64,000 bases of DNA, from positions 3,906,001 to 3,970,000 of the forward strand of contig CM106585.1 in assembly GCA_048013815.1 (NCBI GenBank). Direction: 5' to 3'. Position numbers and translations under genes: made by a program. The notes under the pieces are model-generated. The model was not told the origin of the DNA and did not search any database. It was given only the letters and a program-made list of their open reading frames with translations. Of the stretch, positions 27,891 through 42,609 are shown piece by piece; the stretch's first letter is position 1; every line of letters starts with the position of its first letter. This DNA comes from Setoptus koraiensis. Lineage: Eukaryota; Animalia; Arthropoda.

Positions 27891-30800
27891 TAATGGATAT
27901 CTTGGCTATATATTATACAATAATTGTTGTTATTTAGCATAACTTTTGGCGCCACCGCCGCACGGATATTACATAATTCGATATTCGCAAGCATATAATA
28001 TATTGAATGTTAAATCGATGACACGCTGCTTTGGCCCGGCAACCGAGTCGGTCGGTCGGTCGGTCGGCCAGCCAACTAACTGTCGTCGTTGTCTGGCGAT
28101 TTGCATAATGAAAATAACCAACCGAGCGCTCAATATCAGCACTACGAGCCACCATTGGGCTAACCAACGGGCGTCTGGCCTTGAATCAATTAAAGCGCCA
28201 AAGTGCCTTTGCTGTGGGCCCATTCCAGCCCCAGTTCAGCCTCGGTTCAGCCTCGGTTCAGCCCCAGTTCAGCCGCTCATTGCGAAAGCGAATCGAGATG
28301 AATCATCGGAATTAGTGCGAATTCGAGTAGCCAGTTGGAGCGAGTCGCCACTTAGGCCGCCCAAATAACTGGCTCGTGGGTGCAATTAATTTCTGAATGT
28401 GAGCGCCTAGCGACATTCGCGACTCGCGACTCGCGGCTCGCCCATCACCTAGCGGCCCAATTAGTTGCGGCAATCATTATAGGATGTGATACTTGCTTGA
28501 TCGCTGCTATTAGTCGCTCGCTGATGCTAATCTTGGGCCAAATTTTGCTTTTTGCTTTCGGGCTGGCCCTTTTTTGCCCCACTTCGGGGCAGCGTTCTCT
28601 GTCGGACAGTGCGGGGGGCATAATGGTTTAATTATGGTTATGGCGCATTGCCACACATTGCCTATAACGGTCATTAGTGGTGCGTGGCACGGGCCGGTTG
28701 GCTTGCCAGCGAAGCGCGCCACGCAAGCGATCCGATGGCCGAACCTGTGCCGGCCAATCGTATGGCTTCGCTCCGTTTATATTTATCCGTGTTCACGGTT
28801 GCCTCTGTTCGCACTCGCCTCTGTTTGCCGGCCGAACTCTGGCCTATAAGCCGGCCCGAGTCCGGGCTGGCGGCGACCGCTGCTGCCCGCACCCACAAAA
28901 TGCGAAACTGGCTCAACTGACAAACTAAACTGGCGACACAACGTGTGCGATACGCGAGATATGATGATTTGGCCAGCGGTTGCGCAACTCAAGTGTCGCC
29001 GACGGGCGCTGCCGGTCGGCGGGCCGGCGCGAGTCACGCGAATGAATACGCAACCGGAATATGCAACTGCAATATGCAACTGCAATATCCAATCATGACT
29101 GGCGGCAGCCCCCTGGTCACATCGGGCACATTCGCATATTCGCATATTCGCATATTTGCGCGATTGCGAGTGCGTGCGCGTGCGATAGATCCCATGATCT
29201 GATCACTAATGCATGAATGTGCCAGCGTAGGCTGGCAAAAAGAAGCAGCCACCACGAGCGAGAGAGAAAAAAGGGGCGCCCGCTTGCACTTTTTCTCTGT
29301 GCGAGTTGGCTGCGAGTGGGCCGCGAATCGCTCCGAATCGAAGCGGCCGACAGCAGAAAAAAGCGGGCGCCCCATTCCGCCAGCAGTCGACATGCCGAGT
29401 GCACGCACTGGCGAGCAGGCGGCCGATCGATAATCGATTGCGTTCACCCTTTGCTTCCGTTGGGCCGGGCTTCGAGCCGGCCCCCATTGGGGCCCCGACG
29501 TGCCGGCCGCTGGGCTGCTGGCGATTTCGCGCTCGCCCCACAACCAGCTAAATGGGCAACAAAGAGAACAGCATTCAATTATGGCTTTGCGACGCACACA
29601 CAATGACAGAGAGAGCCGGCCCGATAATGATATGAGCTCGCAAAGCTTGGCCACTGGCCAACCCGCCAGCGGCGCCCAAAACACAGTGCCGGCACGGGCT
29701 TCAGCACGTGCAAATGCACGTGCTCCCGTCGGGCGTGCTAGTGGGCCGCTGCGGGCCGGCCGGTCGGTCGCTGCGGGTTTGCCGGTCGGTCGGTTGGCTG
29801 GCTGGCTGGTGGGGCTCGCCAACGCGAAACATTCGCCAGCCTGCAGGGACTGCATTGCATGTTATGTCACCTAAAGGCTCTGTTGTCGGTTTGTCGACTG
29901 TGCCCATTAGTTGCGAGCTGACACTTTGTTGTTGCGCAACCAACAAACCAACGCATATACACGGTATGCACGTAACCAGCGCGCCATCTGTCTGGCGCGC
30001 AATGTCCAGTGTTCGCCGTTGACCAGTCACATCCGGTGCGCGCCACGGGCCGGTAATCACTGCACTGGCGCAACGCGTACAAACACGAGCGACGCTGCTT
30101 ACCTGGCGACAAACAAACTTGTTGTTTTCTTCCCTTTTCAGTTTCTTTGCTCCTTTGTTAACCAACAACAGACTATTGCGTAACAGCGACACAACGGCTC
30201 AGGCCAGCTCAAGTGTCGGCCGGCAGCGCTGGCAACAATTGGCCTGGAAACTAGGCCAACAGCAGCACATACATTACGGGCCGGTTACGTCACGTGAGCC
30301 AGCGCCGTCAAATCACTGAGGCACGTAAGCCGCGCCCGTACGTTGCCCAATGATCTGACCATCTGATGCTGATGATCGCGCATCATGATACGCCATTGCT
30401 GCCCGTGCTGACAATTGGCCCACGATGGGCCCACGAGTGTCGTTACGCAACGGCGCAACAAAAAAGCAAACATTAAGAGTGTAAAAAATAAAAATTCCTT
30501 TGTATGGGTCGCTGGCGTGTCCATGGTGCCGCTAATGTCGTGGTGTTGCTAATGTCGCCCCATGTTACTCATGTGTGCTCGCCATTATTGCATAATATGA
30601 TCTGTTGTTGTTGTTGTGCCGGCTACAACGGCGTGATTTGCATAAGCGCTTACGTAACTTGTCAACCTTTGCGCCGCTGCCGCCTGTTGTGGCGCTGTTG
30701 CATTTGTTGTGTGGCTGCTCCGGCTGATGACCGGTGAGTCGCTGTCACTCAGTCACGCTGGCCCCTCGCTCATAACTGATGGTGGCCGAAACTGGTGCAA

Positions 30801-30949
30801 GTCGCCAACAATTGAACCATTGAGACGACAAACGATGCAAATGATGATGCCGATATCAGATCTGGGTCACTGGGTGCACTCCAATCGAGCAGATGATGGA
30901 TCAATTCGGCGCGCACAACACCCGCTCACCCCATCCATTTGGTGCTCTC

Positions 30950-31003
30950 TGGTGCAGTGTGGTGCAGTGTGGTGCAGTGTGGTGCAGTGTGGTGCAGTGT
31001 GGT
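30950..31003. repeat. 10-bp tandem repeat (GGTGCAGTGT)x5
   Basis: Direct inspection. Confidence 0.9.
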
Positions 31004-34000
31004 GCCTCACGGCACTCAGGTGACATTCTCGGGAACGGGCATGAACGGGGGCCCGAACGCGGTGCGAGGGGCCGTTGCGGCGACGACAGGGGACGCGCGC
31101 GAGAACAAAGAGACGCAGAGACTCTCTGCCAGAGAGTTAAAGGATTGACTTTGCTGGCAACTGGCGCCGGCCTCGAACGAGCGCCGGTTGCCGGCAAAGT
31201 CCACGGGTCCTCAGTGTCTCTGGCAGTGTCGTCGGCAGCCAACACAACATCGCCAGCAGCCGCTCGAGAGGGGCCAGAGAGAAGCATGACGCAACACTGC
31301 TACAAACAGATTAAATAGTTGGGGCGCCAAAGAGTGCACACACACACACAGACTCTTTGTGCAACATGCGTGGCGATTTCGAGTTGCGGGTCGCGGGTTG
31401 CCGGTCGCGAAACGCGGATCGCCGGTCGCAAACGCGGGTCGCCCGTCGCAAAACGCGGGTCGCCGGTCGCAAGAGGCGAGTTGCCAGTTGTGAGGGGGAA
31501 GTTGAAAGTTGCCAGCTACAGCCAGCGCGTCTCAGGGCGCAAGATTGTTGTTTGGCGCGCTCTCAATTTAACCCAACAGCGACGCCGATCTCTGGCTGCT
31601 TTGTTCGTTAGCGCGAAAAGAATAAGAAGCAGCGACGAAGGAGAAGGGGGGCGAGGGGGCGAAAAAGAAGAGGAAAAGAAGTGCGAGCAGGAACTGGGTG
31701 CGTGCGTGTGTTGTGCAAGAAATAGATTAGGCGAGCAAAAAGAATGAGACAAGAAGCCTTTGAATGGCCCCAGCAGCAACGGCACCGACGGCCCCGCTAA
31801 CACCAGTGGCAAAAACTGGAACAAGTAACATTAGAATTAACACAATGAATAATGAGACTTGGCCCGTGCAGTTCCCCTCGGCGCTGGCCAACTGGCCGAC
31901 TTGCATCACTTCCAATTTGGATTATTCATTATCAGCAGCGACAGGGGCCAGAGTATGCAAATACTCTCCGGCTACCACTGTCTTCTCGCGCAATCTCAGC
32001 CACTCCGCTGGGCCGCGTCGGGCTCCGTCGGGCTCCGTCGGGTTCCGTCGGCTCCGTCGGGCTCCATTGGGCCCAGTGAGCGGGCCAGAGTCCATTTTGC
32101 GGCCTGCACCCAGCGCTTGCACCAATTTAAACATGTAAATTCAATTCTAAAAAATCCTTTTCTTTTTCTCGTTCGCCAGCGCGCAAAAACCAAACAAAAC
32201 CAGACAACGCGATTCTTGTTCCTCTTGTCCGACAATAACTAACTCGGTATTAGCGCTCTCAAAAGTGGGAAATGTCCGCATCACTTAATCGTGGCTCCCC
32301 CAACGCCGACTGTCTGACTGTCACTGAAACTTTGTACTGCCTTGCAAAGTTTGTTTGGCCACACACACTCACTGTGTGCGCTATATTAGATACGTGCGGA
32401 CGCTATTACGTAATTTACACCACCAATATCATCATTTATCATTTTATTGGTCGCTGTTGCGTTTGCCGATCCATTTGCTCGTTGTGTTTGCCTCCCAGCG
32501 TGATGCGAGCGCCCGTCGGCACACTCTTGCCATTCAATATTGGGGCTCCGCGTCGCATGCTGGCGCCCCAATCTCTGGCGCATTCATATAAACATACTCT
32601 CGGCCGGCTCATTGGCGCCTTGAGCCACCTCAGTGCGAGCTAATAGAGGTAATAGAGCCAACAGTGCCGATAGAGCCAACAGAGCCGATGGGGCCCATAG
32701 ATGGACGCTAAAAAGATGAGGGGCGCGACGCGCGCGCCCAGGCACAGAACGTGCACAGTGTGCACACTATATAATTGCATTTTGAATGAATATATCGGAT
32801 AAACAGTTACGTAACAAGCCACACAAAAGTCCATTAGTTGGCTGGCTCGCTCTGCCGCCGCTCTAATGAAGGCGCCCCTCGGAAGGTGCGCCCCCGCCCG
32901 CTCCCACATTTGCATCTCGGCCAATCTTTTGCCTGCTTGCGTCACTCTCCGCGGATAATCCACGCCACACACACACACACACACACACACGCGATGTTGT
33001 TCGGGCGCTAAATTTGCAAAATTCGGCACATTGGGCCCCCGAAGGCCGAACGCGGCCAGGCTTTGCCCGCGCTGCGCCGCGCCGGGCGAGCTGTGTCCAT
33101 CGCGGCCGGCCTTTCAAACGAGCATCGGCAAGAGCCGGCAAGAGCCAGGTCCAAGATATAATGAGGTCAGCACGTGTTACGTGCCGTTAAAACAAATTGC
33201 GATTGTTGTCGGGCAAGAGTTTTAGCGTGCAGTCGTCTCGTTATTATCATTTGAGAATGAATGATTTTTTGCCGGTGCGGCCCGGTTTTTTGGGGCCGGC
33301 CTTTGTTGACTTTGAATATTATCATAGTTTGTGTGTTGCTGTCTCATTATTTATCGCAAACACATCTTGTTTGGCGCTGCTACTGATCGACCTCTTTTCT
33401 TGGGCCCGTTTTTTGCTCTCTCTCTCTCTCTGCCATTCTCTTGTGCTCGACCTCAAACGACCGATGTAATGTCGTGTTGTGGATGTTCATTGTTTTCAAT
33501 TGTTGTGTTGACCCACCGTATACATGGCCATACACTTCGCAGTTATATAACCCATACGTACATGTGGCCGTGCTATGCTGGTTATATAACTGCTGGTTGT
33601 TGCGCAATGATGATGTTATCTCATCGTCGACAACGGCACAACAGCAGCGCACAGCGCGAGAGCATAGCGAGAAAAGAAAAAAAAAGATATAACAAGCGGC
33701 TAAAAAACGCCAATAACGTGTTGTTCCAAAAACCTATGATGAGCAGTTGGCGAAACCGCCCACGCTGGGCGCCACCAGCAGTCTGGTTGTGTCGCCGCAA
33801 CCAGATTGGGGCCACACCGTTATAGGCCGTCTGTCCCTCTGTGAGGCTCGGACTGTGGCTCGCGGCAGCTCGTGGTGGGCTCGTGTTTATTGGGGTCAAC
33901 CGAGGCGCACATTAGAGCGCATACGAGCACATTGTGGCGCATTGGGGCGCATTGGGGCACTCGGATCGGCGGCCGGCAGCGCTAGATTAGCGGCCAACAA

Positions 34001-37000
34001 ACAAGAGAGCAAAGCATTGCCCATTAAATGGATGATAATATCACTGGCGACATGACAGCTCTATTACCATTGCCCGGTGTCGTTATTGACTGTCGCCGTT
34101 GGCCGCTGTTGTCGCTGTTGGCCAGCGTTGTTGTCGGTGGCCATTAGCGGCCATTTTATGTATGTTGCGCAATGCACGCACTCACAACAACAAAGTGTCC
34201 ATTTGTGTCCATTTGACACTCTGCACCAGTGCACCGCTGCACCGGCGCCTCTATAGGCGACGCAACGCGAACACTATAGGCATGTGGTCAGTCATTTCAG
34301 GGGTCACTCGGTCGTCTTTTCTTGCTAGTTCTTGCTAGTTCTCGCTAATTGATACTAGTGCGTCAGAATGTGCCACAAACTACAGGTTCACAGTGGCCAC
34401 AGTCCAGCGCCAACAGCGCTCATGGCAGGTGAGAGAAACGGGCATGCGATTATGTAATCGTGCTGATATTTACGAGAAATCCACGTGTGTGCACGTGGAC
34501 ATTTCCAGCCTGTGAGTCCTATAAAAACGCGTGCAGTGTTCGCTTGACCATTGGTTCGCTCGTGGCCTATATGACATGCAGTCACGTAGGCAATGCTGGA
34601 ATGCATTGTGCAACGCTCACGACCGACCAGTCCAGTATAGTACCAGTGCACCAGTGTGGTATAGGGTCACTCGGACGGACACACACACACACTGGACCAG
34701 ACCCAATATAGGGTCAACTTGGGCCGAGCGGCGGGCCCCAATTTCAGGTCAGTCGTTGTGTGTGTGTGTGTGTGCGTGGATCATCATTGTAAGTGAATGT
34801 GAGTTGCGATATAGTCGCCAGTCAGCCATCCGTTGAAACAGGCTCAGCGGCTGCCCCCATGCATACACTGTATGGGCGGCTGCATGGGGGCAGCGAGTTG
34901 AGGCAGAGAGAGCCATCTTGAATTTGGAATTAATTCCAATTCCAGGGCGAATTGCGGGCCTCATTGTGTGACAAACAAACGTGACACACAGACAGCGAGG
35001 GGGCAAAAAAGTCGCGCAACTTGCACCAGTGATTGTTCCAATCAACAAGCTCTGTGTGTGCACTTTATTTTTTGTTCCCTCTCTCGGTGCCCCCTCTCTC
35101 GGTGCCCCCTCTCTTGGTGCCCCCTCTCTTGGTGCCCCCTCTGTAGTGGCCCGGGCCAGGCCGGCCCGCTGGCCCGTCCGCTGGCTGTCGGCGGGTCGGT
35201 GTGCCTGTCCGTCCGGAACACGCGCACACTTTCACATCCAAGACTGGCTAGGGGCCAAAACCGGGGCTCGGGCTGTCCCCCGGTGCCGACGCGGGGCCAC
35301 TGGCGACTATTGCGTCACTCGCGACTGGCGACTATTGCGTCACTCGCGACTGGCGACTATTGCGTCACTCGCGCAGCGTTCGGAGCGGCTCGCTGGGCCT
35401 CAGTGAGGCCCGCACCGGCTCACACAGACTCACTGAGGCTCACAGGGGCTCGCAGAGGCTCACAGAGGAACACTGAGGCTCGCCGGAGCTGCCCCCTGCG
35501 CAATTTTTGTCTCGTTAGTTCGAAGCCACCGCCCCCTTCTCAGGCTATTATGTAAGCGCGCGCGCGTGAGTGTGTGTGCGTGCGTGCGTGCGTGTGCGTG
35601 TGTGCAAAGGGCTAGCAACTGGAATGGAAATGCACAAAACGTCGTCGTCGTCGTCGTTGTTTGCATGCTGGTGCCGCTGTCTCTGGTAAGCTGGCCAGAC
35701 TGCACCGCTGCCAGTGGCGCTGATGACGCAACTAAACAGCAAGAGTTAGATCAGCGGGCAAATCAAACGAAATCTTCTCCATGAACGAACAGAAAAAAGA
35801 ATGAGAAGCAGCCAGGAGAAGGGGCGACAGTTGTACCTTAATTTATCGCCCCTTTCTATTCTTCAATGCGCCGTTGGCGCTGCTATGATCTCTTGGCTCA
35901 GATAAAATATACACACAAACATATCAACTTATCATATTATCGGATGATGTTATCACATGTTCTCACACAGCCAGCGCCGGCCCCAATTTGAGTAGTCGGC
36001 GCGCAAGTGGCAACAACGGCCACTACCACTGTATGGGGCTCTATGGCTGTAAGGCTGTATGGCTCAAAAATAATACAGCGGCTCATGCCGCACAAATGAA
36101 ATGGAACAAAATTGCACCACTCCCTCCCTGGGAGATAGATTGACCCTAGCCTCCCATTACTGGCGCTAACTGTCATTTTGCAGCAACTCAATTTGGTTCT
36201 GTTCAGTGGCGAGCTGCCAGAGCCATATAGTACCAAATGGCCATGTCCTTGCCCTCCATAACTCCATGCAGACTCTATGAGACACTATGCAGGCTCTGCG
36301 AGACACTAGGCAGACTCTGCGAGACAACGAGAGGGGGTCCTCCAAGCAACTGCTGCACAACTAGCGGAGAAAACATATTTAAATTCTTTGCGGATTATCC
36401 AACGCTAGCAACTAACCAGTGGTCGCTCTTTTTCGCTTTATAGGGTCAATTTTGGCTACCGCTATTGCCAATGGTGGCCAGTTTGCATTGGACGCACTTG
36501 CGTGGCCGACGACCAGACCAGATATACGATATTGTCGAGCCAAAAACGCGCAGATAAATAGATGGGGGCAGATAAATTGCTCGCCGGCACGCGCACTGAC
36601 ACACAGGACACATAAACAAATGGACTTTGTATTTTGGCTGGACGTCCAGCGTGGATTTTTGCGACAAAATGACAATTGATAAACACTGGCCCCTGTGACT
36701 ACTCGCGGTGACTACTCGCGGTGACTACTCGCGGTGACGCAGCTAGAAGCTATCAGACATAAATTAGTGTGTTTCACGAGTGTTGCGAATGGACGTCATA
36801 ACGTTGCGCAAATTCACCGACCTAATGCAATGGGTACAAGCGTGTTTCGTTGTACATATGAGTGGAACTACAGAGAAATTGGTAGAAAATGCATTTTGAG
36901 GCAGAGAGGCGAGCATTTTGAGTGAGCAAGAATGCGAGTTGAGCTGAAAAGGAAAAAATTGCAAGCTGTTATTCACTGTTCATACACTGCTCACTTTTCT

Positions 37001-40000
37001 CCGTTGGACTGTAATCCTTTGGAAAAGTTTCAGATTCGAAAAGATTTTTCCTAATTGAAAGAGATACCGTCAGCGAGACCAGGTTCTAGCGAGCCTTTTC
37101 CGATTTTCAGGCACAATCCAGCGATTCATACACACTGTCTCTGAGACACCAGTTGAGAGGTGCGTGGGCCCCTACGCAAGTTGTGTCAAGTTTCATTGGA
37201 GCATTGTCACGGAAACTTGGCAAAACTTATGAAACACCCTATTGTAACTATTGTGTGTTGTCAGTGAGACAAACATTGGTGTGACACGAACACGAAAACA
37301 ACACAGTGTATCCTGTGACGATGCACCCACAAACAAACCTAAGTGGAGATAAACCCAAATGGGTGCAAATGTCGACTGTAACGGTCTCGAGCAAACTTTT
37401 GGTCTGGGTCTCAGCAGGCAGCTCGTCGTGCCTGCTGAGACAGAGATGACAAAGATGATGTTAGTCGTGTCGAGTTGCACACAACAACAAGTGTTGCTCT
37501 TGAAGCGATGAATGGGGCCCGTTTGTTTTTTGTTTTTTTGTTGTTATCTTTTTGTCTCTCTGTCTCTATCCATTCATGTAGAACAATGGCTGTTTTTTGT
37601 TCGTTTGCGCGCGCACGTTTTCAAATTAACAACAGCAACAACAACGACAACAACCTCTGAGTCATAGGGAGCCCCAAACGGTGCCCAATATGTTTCGGGG
37701 CCATCGACATGTGCAACTCGACGTGTGCAAGTTGTGATGCGAAACAGCCAGCCAGTCCGAACTCGCTGCCAGAGAGTGGAAATTGATTGAATGAGCCAGG
37801 TGAGCTGTATCTGTAGTGTTAAACGGCCTGCATGGTCTTGTCTTTTGGCGCTGGTCGGTGCTTGGTTGGGTGTTGGGTGCTTGTCGATGGTTATTGTGGC
37901 AGAGTTATCGCGGCAGAGATTGTCGACACAACGGCTACGTGCTTGAGCCATTCCGATATGATATGCTGATGAGATATGTGACGATGCAACACAATGGCAA
38001 TAGCAGCAATTGTGTCGGCTGGCCAATAGTTGGCTAGTGTCGCTAAACAATCGTTTCATCTGTGTGTGTGTGTGTGTGTGTGCTTTTTGTTCTCTTTTTG
38101 CTGTATTTGTTGCTGGTGGGGCCAATTGGCCCCACCAGCAACTTGATTCCGACACTGTATTCAACTCACTTTGAGCCGCCTCTCCACTGGCTGTGCGAGC
38201 AGGCGCGGGCACAACCACTGAAGCGAGTTAAAAAATGAATGATAGGGGCAGCAGTGGGCAGAAGAATGAGAAAAAGTGAGGAGCCGCTTATGCAATTGAA
38301 TAGTAAGAGCGAGGGTGAGAGTGAGAGTGAGAGGCATAAACAAGAGACGAGAGACGCCAGAGGAGGGGATCAAATTTTGTCTTGGAGACAACGAGGCGCC
38401 AAGCAAAAAAAGAATGGGCACCCCAAATCTATCTATAGCTACTAAAGTGGCGATAGCGAATTTCCAATATATCCGTTCGTTACGTCGCCGTGTTTGCCGG
38501 CGCCGTCGCCACGCCGACAACACGCGCCGGCCCCTGCCACGGGCCCCAATAAGAGCAGTGTCACTGACACTTGTCCACACAACACGCGCACTTGCCAGCC
38601 ATTCGATTGAGCCAGCCGTTCGGTTGAGCCAGCCGTTCAGTTGAGCCAGCCGTTCGATTGAGCCACCCATTCGGAGGGCCCCTCGAAGGGCTCTTTATAG
38701 GGCCGGCTTTATCCAAATTAAAGCCAGCGACCTAGCCACTGGTTAGTGGCTGTCCTTTATAGGTCTCAAATGGCCCCAATGCTGCCCACGGCTGGCTCGG
38801 CCCTCTCGCTGGCGCCAGCTGCTGCTGGCTAGCGCTCGAGTATTGTCGTCGCAAGCGGCCAAATGGGCCAAATGGGGCGTCTATTGCATGGGCGCGTTGG
38901 CCAGCGACGAGAGAGGGAGCCCAAAATGGCTCAAGTTAACTTTTTAACGGACCATTGCTGGTGCAGCTGTCCGCGACGCCAACAACAACTGTCACAATCA
39001 CACTGCACTGCCGAATGAGAGCTAGCTCGCCAACTTTTCCACAATTTCGCCCCAATTCGTTGCGCTGTCAAAAAATGGGGCCAAATCGGCAGGCGAGAGA
39101 TATGCGAAAAGCGAAAGTTTCAACAGCAAATCAAATGTGCCATCCACATTTCCGTTTGGGTTAGTGCCCACCAAAAGTTGGTCGCACGCACCAGGCACTC
39201 TGGTGCAAGTGTGGCCAACTAATATCGACACAAACAATTACGACAGGCCTATAGCCCAACTGGCCACAACTGGACACAGCAGGCCGGTGGTAACCGTTGT
39301 TCGTTGAACCGACGTTAGGTGCCCGATGTGTTGTGCGATGATAGTGGCGCCATCTAGCATAGGTACCAAACACAATCCAATTACAATGATACATATGCAC
39401 AGCTGCAGTAGATAGTGACCATCATGGATCATCAAGTACCGTTAGCTAAATAATAAATTTATCTAATTGATGCTAAAACGTGTAGAACGTATAAAACGTG
39501 ACACCCAACAAGTTAATGCTCGGGTCCGACAGGTTCATTGAGTCGTTTTGCTGGCCTGGTCGCCAATCTACTGGCCAACTCGGCTTGATTGATGCGACAT
39601 CATGCTGTCTGATTTCGGCCATTGCACCGGGCCAATATAAACAAATGTATAAACAAATGCTCATTGAGAAAGAGAGCCGATCGTCTATCTGGCTCGATGA
39701 GCCAGCAGGCGAAGAAGCAAAGACGAAACAGATACGACGACGTGAAAATGTGAACATGTTAAGATGAAAAAGTAATGGCTGCTGGCGAAAGAAAAAAGCA
39801 GTCGATCTCGAATGTCAATGGTTGTTTTGGCATCAGTTATGCAAAAACACGTCAATAACAATGACCGTACAGTCACAAAAACTCTGATTGTTTGCGCTAA
39901 CTGTCAACTGCCAAACGTCGGTGTGTGTGTGTGTGTGTGTGGGAGTATTTGTTGTGCTCATGGGGAGTTGGTTCAGGGTTATATCGTGTGCGATTACATG

Positions 40001-42609
40001 TATTATTTAAAACGAGTATAAAATAACTGACCAAAGTCACTCTTTTGTGCGAACGGGCCGGTTCGTTGCGACATTCAATGGAGCTGCGATGAGAAAAAAA
40101 AAGCCACCAATGTGATCTAATCTGATTCTAAATCTCGTGCCAGAGAGTTGAGGCTACTTTTGCTATTTTTTTATTCGTTGACTCCATTCGAATGGCTGAC
40201 TATTGTAGTGTTAGAGATCAAAGTTGGTGATCTCTTGGAATCGATCGAATGAGGGGCTCGCTTTTTGCTCATTTGCATACACGTCATGCACAAAGAGGCG
40301 CCATCGACAACAAACGGTGTGGCTGTCTGTTTTGGCGCTGCTAGCACAACGCTAAACACGGCTACAGCATAACATGGCTGCTGTGGCATTGTTTAAATTG
40401 ATTCAATAAATAAAGTAGCGGCCGGTTAGAGGAAGAAAAGGAGTGCAGTGTTATATAATAACGGCACACAAACAAGTTTGCGGTTACTGTTCGTCAAACA
40501 CGCACAAATGTTGCTGCCGGACCTATGCGCACCTATGTGTGTCCATTTATATGTTATGTATGTTGTATGCGTTTTATATGTTATATTGTTATAATCAATC
40601 ATTTTAATCACCGTTACGCAAAATCAAAGGTGACAGTGCGAACAATCTACACGTGTTGGCGACTCTCCGGCTGTTGGTTTTTATTTTCATTTTGTGCAGC
40701 ATTTATTAGTTTGGCATTGTGGCAACAGCACACAACAGTTTTTGTTCAACCAACATTCTCACATTTTGACATAGCATCCAAAATAGTGAATAGATCATTG
40801 TCAGTCGGTCAACCGGTTTTCTATGCGACATTAGGCGTGTGTATTATTGTTAAACTATTAGATTTTGTGCTTACATCATCATTCAGTGATGGCTGGCTCA
40901 TTCAGTGGTTGTCATTCATTGAGTTTCATACTGTGTAACTCACACTATGCACTATGCAATCCATAGTCATGGTGTGCGATGGTCAGAGGAAGGAAGGGGT
41001 CGCCGCGAAAGGGAAAGGTTCTCACACTTAAGCACATTAGCGTGTTTCATTAATGGATCTCGTTACTTGTTCGCTTGTCAATTTGCAATTTTACTGCAAT
41101 CGCAATAGTTGTTATTTAATCGCATACAAACAAACAAACAAACAACATGAGGAAAGTTGCTCATTTTATCACTTCGCTCGTCGTGTTTCCTTCACGCATA
41201 CCGAGAATATCGTTTCGCTAAAGAGTGACGTCGACATTCTTTCGGCTTAACACGACACTCAACATTGACATCAACAACACCAATGGAAGAAGAAGGAAGA
41301 AGCGCTTCTCTTTTTTTCTGTTTCTTGTCTCTCTCTCTCTCTCGCTAGCTCGCTCGCTTCTTCTAGCTTGCCGTTGCGAGGATATGCGCGAAATCGCATC
41401 TCTGTTTCCCGTTTGCCAATGTGGCGACTTTTTGCACTTTCACAACACTTTTTACATTGTATCCATGCATCGTACACATCATGTCTACATGAGCCACACC
41501 GGATCAAATGGTAACATTGTAGTGAACACGTGACTGGCCTTTTTCACTCGAGCATACGTGATGATGCATTTACTTTAAGAGATGGCGTTCGAAGGCTCTC
41601 AAATGAGTGCAAGTCGACGATCGATCAGATACTGGCACCGATGATACAAACGCTACAAAGTCATCGCTGAACGATATCTTATCTAGACTCTAGATTCTAG
41701 AGGGATGGACTAACTGCGTCAGTATTTCGTGATGATGATGTCAGTCAGTTGTGCCCGATGAAGCCACTGATATGGCGACAAGATATTGAACACATCGCTT
41801 GGCGAGCTGCATGAGGCGACCGACTAACGCAACAAGTACCAAAACATATCAAGCCCGGCTCGTGACGCCACCATTGCCTCACTGCCGACTGCCTAACTGT
41901 TTGGTTTGTTTACACTAACAAACCGAAAATCTCTCAAATGAACGATTGCCCGAACGTGCAACTGCCCTACAACATTCTGACCAGCACAAACAACGAACCA
42001 AACCAACAAAGAAATCTAAAACACCCAAAATTGCCTAGAGGATGCTTCGTTGGGCGATCGTCGCGTCACAACCCGGGCTCGTTATGTTTTGGTGGCCGCG
42101 TCACGTGTGAACTACACTTGAATTAACAAGAGATATCTAGCCTCCAACAAATATTTGTTATGCGTATTCTCCTCTGTATTTGAGGCTACGCGAGCGCATT
42201 AAATAGGAAATTAGGAATTGTTACGAAATTATGCAAAAAATGGGCGCGTGCCCAACGCTAAACAAGGCTAATTTCGAGGCAAGAGAATTTCGATTATTGC
42301 AGAAAATGTCCGTTTTCCGGGTTTATGATAGACTTTTTATTTCTCAGCTCGATGAAGGCAGTCGATTCAGTGTAGTTTTGTTGAAATCAATTTCATGCGT
42401 GATAGGCGTTTACCTTGTAAGTTGGTTCAATGCAAAGTTGACCCGGGCTGGATTAAGAATTGAATTTGTGTACATTTCAACTGGTGAGTGCCGACCGGTA
42501 GGCACGACGGCAGAAGAAAAGGCCAAAAAAAAGTTGAAACTGACGAGACCCAGTCGCCCATTGTGCCCCATTGAGATGATCCTGGAAGAGCGCTCGCCAG
42601 ATTACACGA

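Larger units (their letters stand above)
2431..35556. promoter_or_regulatory. Dispersed PAR-bZIP/NFIL3 D-box-type motifs (TTAYGTAA, either strand)
   Basis: 18 cores found by eye, at 2431, 4191, 5670, 6326, 6870, 7975, 12341, 16902, 18253, 22517, 24750, 26564, 27968, 30649, 32405, 32806, 34449 and 35547. Confidence 0.55.

Noticed and set aside
37408-37441. Perfect 13-bp hairpin GTCTCAGCAGGCA/TGCCTGCTGAGAC
   Set aside because: Isolated, too short for a pre-miRNA, with no associated element ends or target-site duplication.
38689-38704. GGCTCT-TTAT-AGGGCC, resembling a histone mRNA stem-loop
   Set aside because: Flanks do not match the consensus, the loop is atypical and there is no histone ORF upstream.
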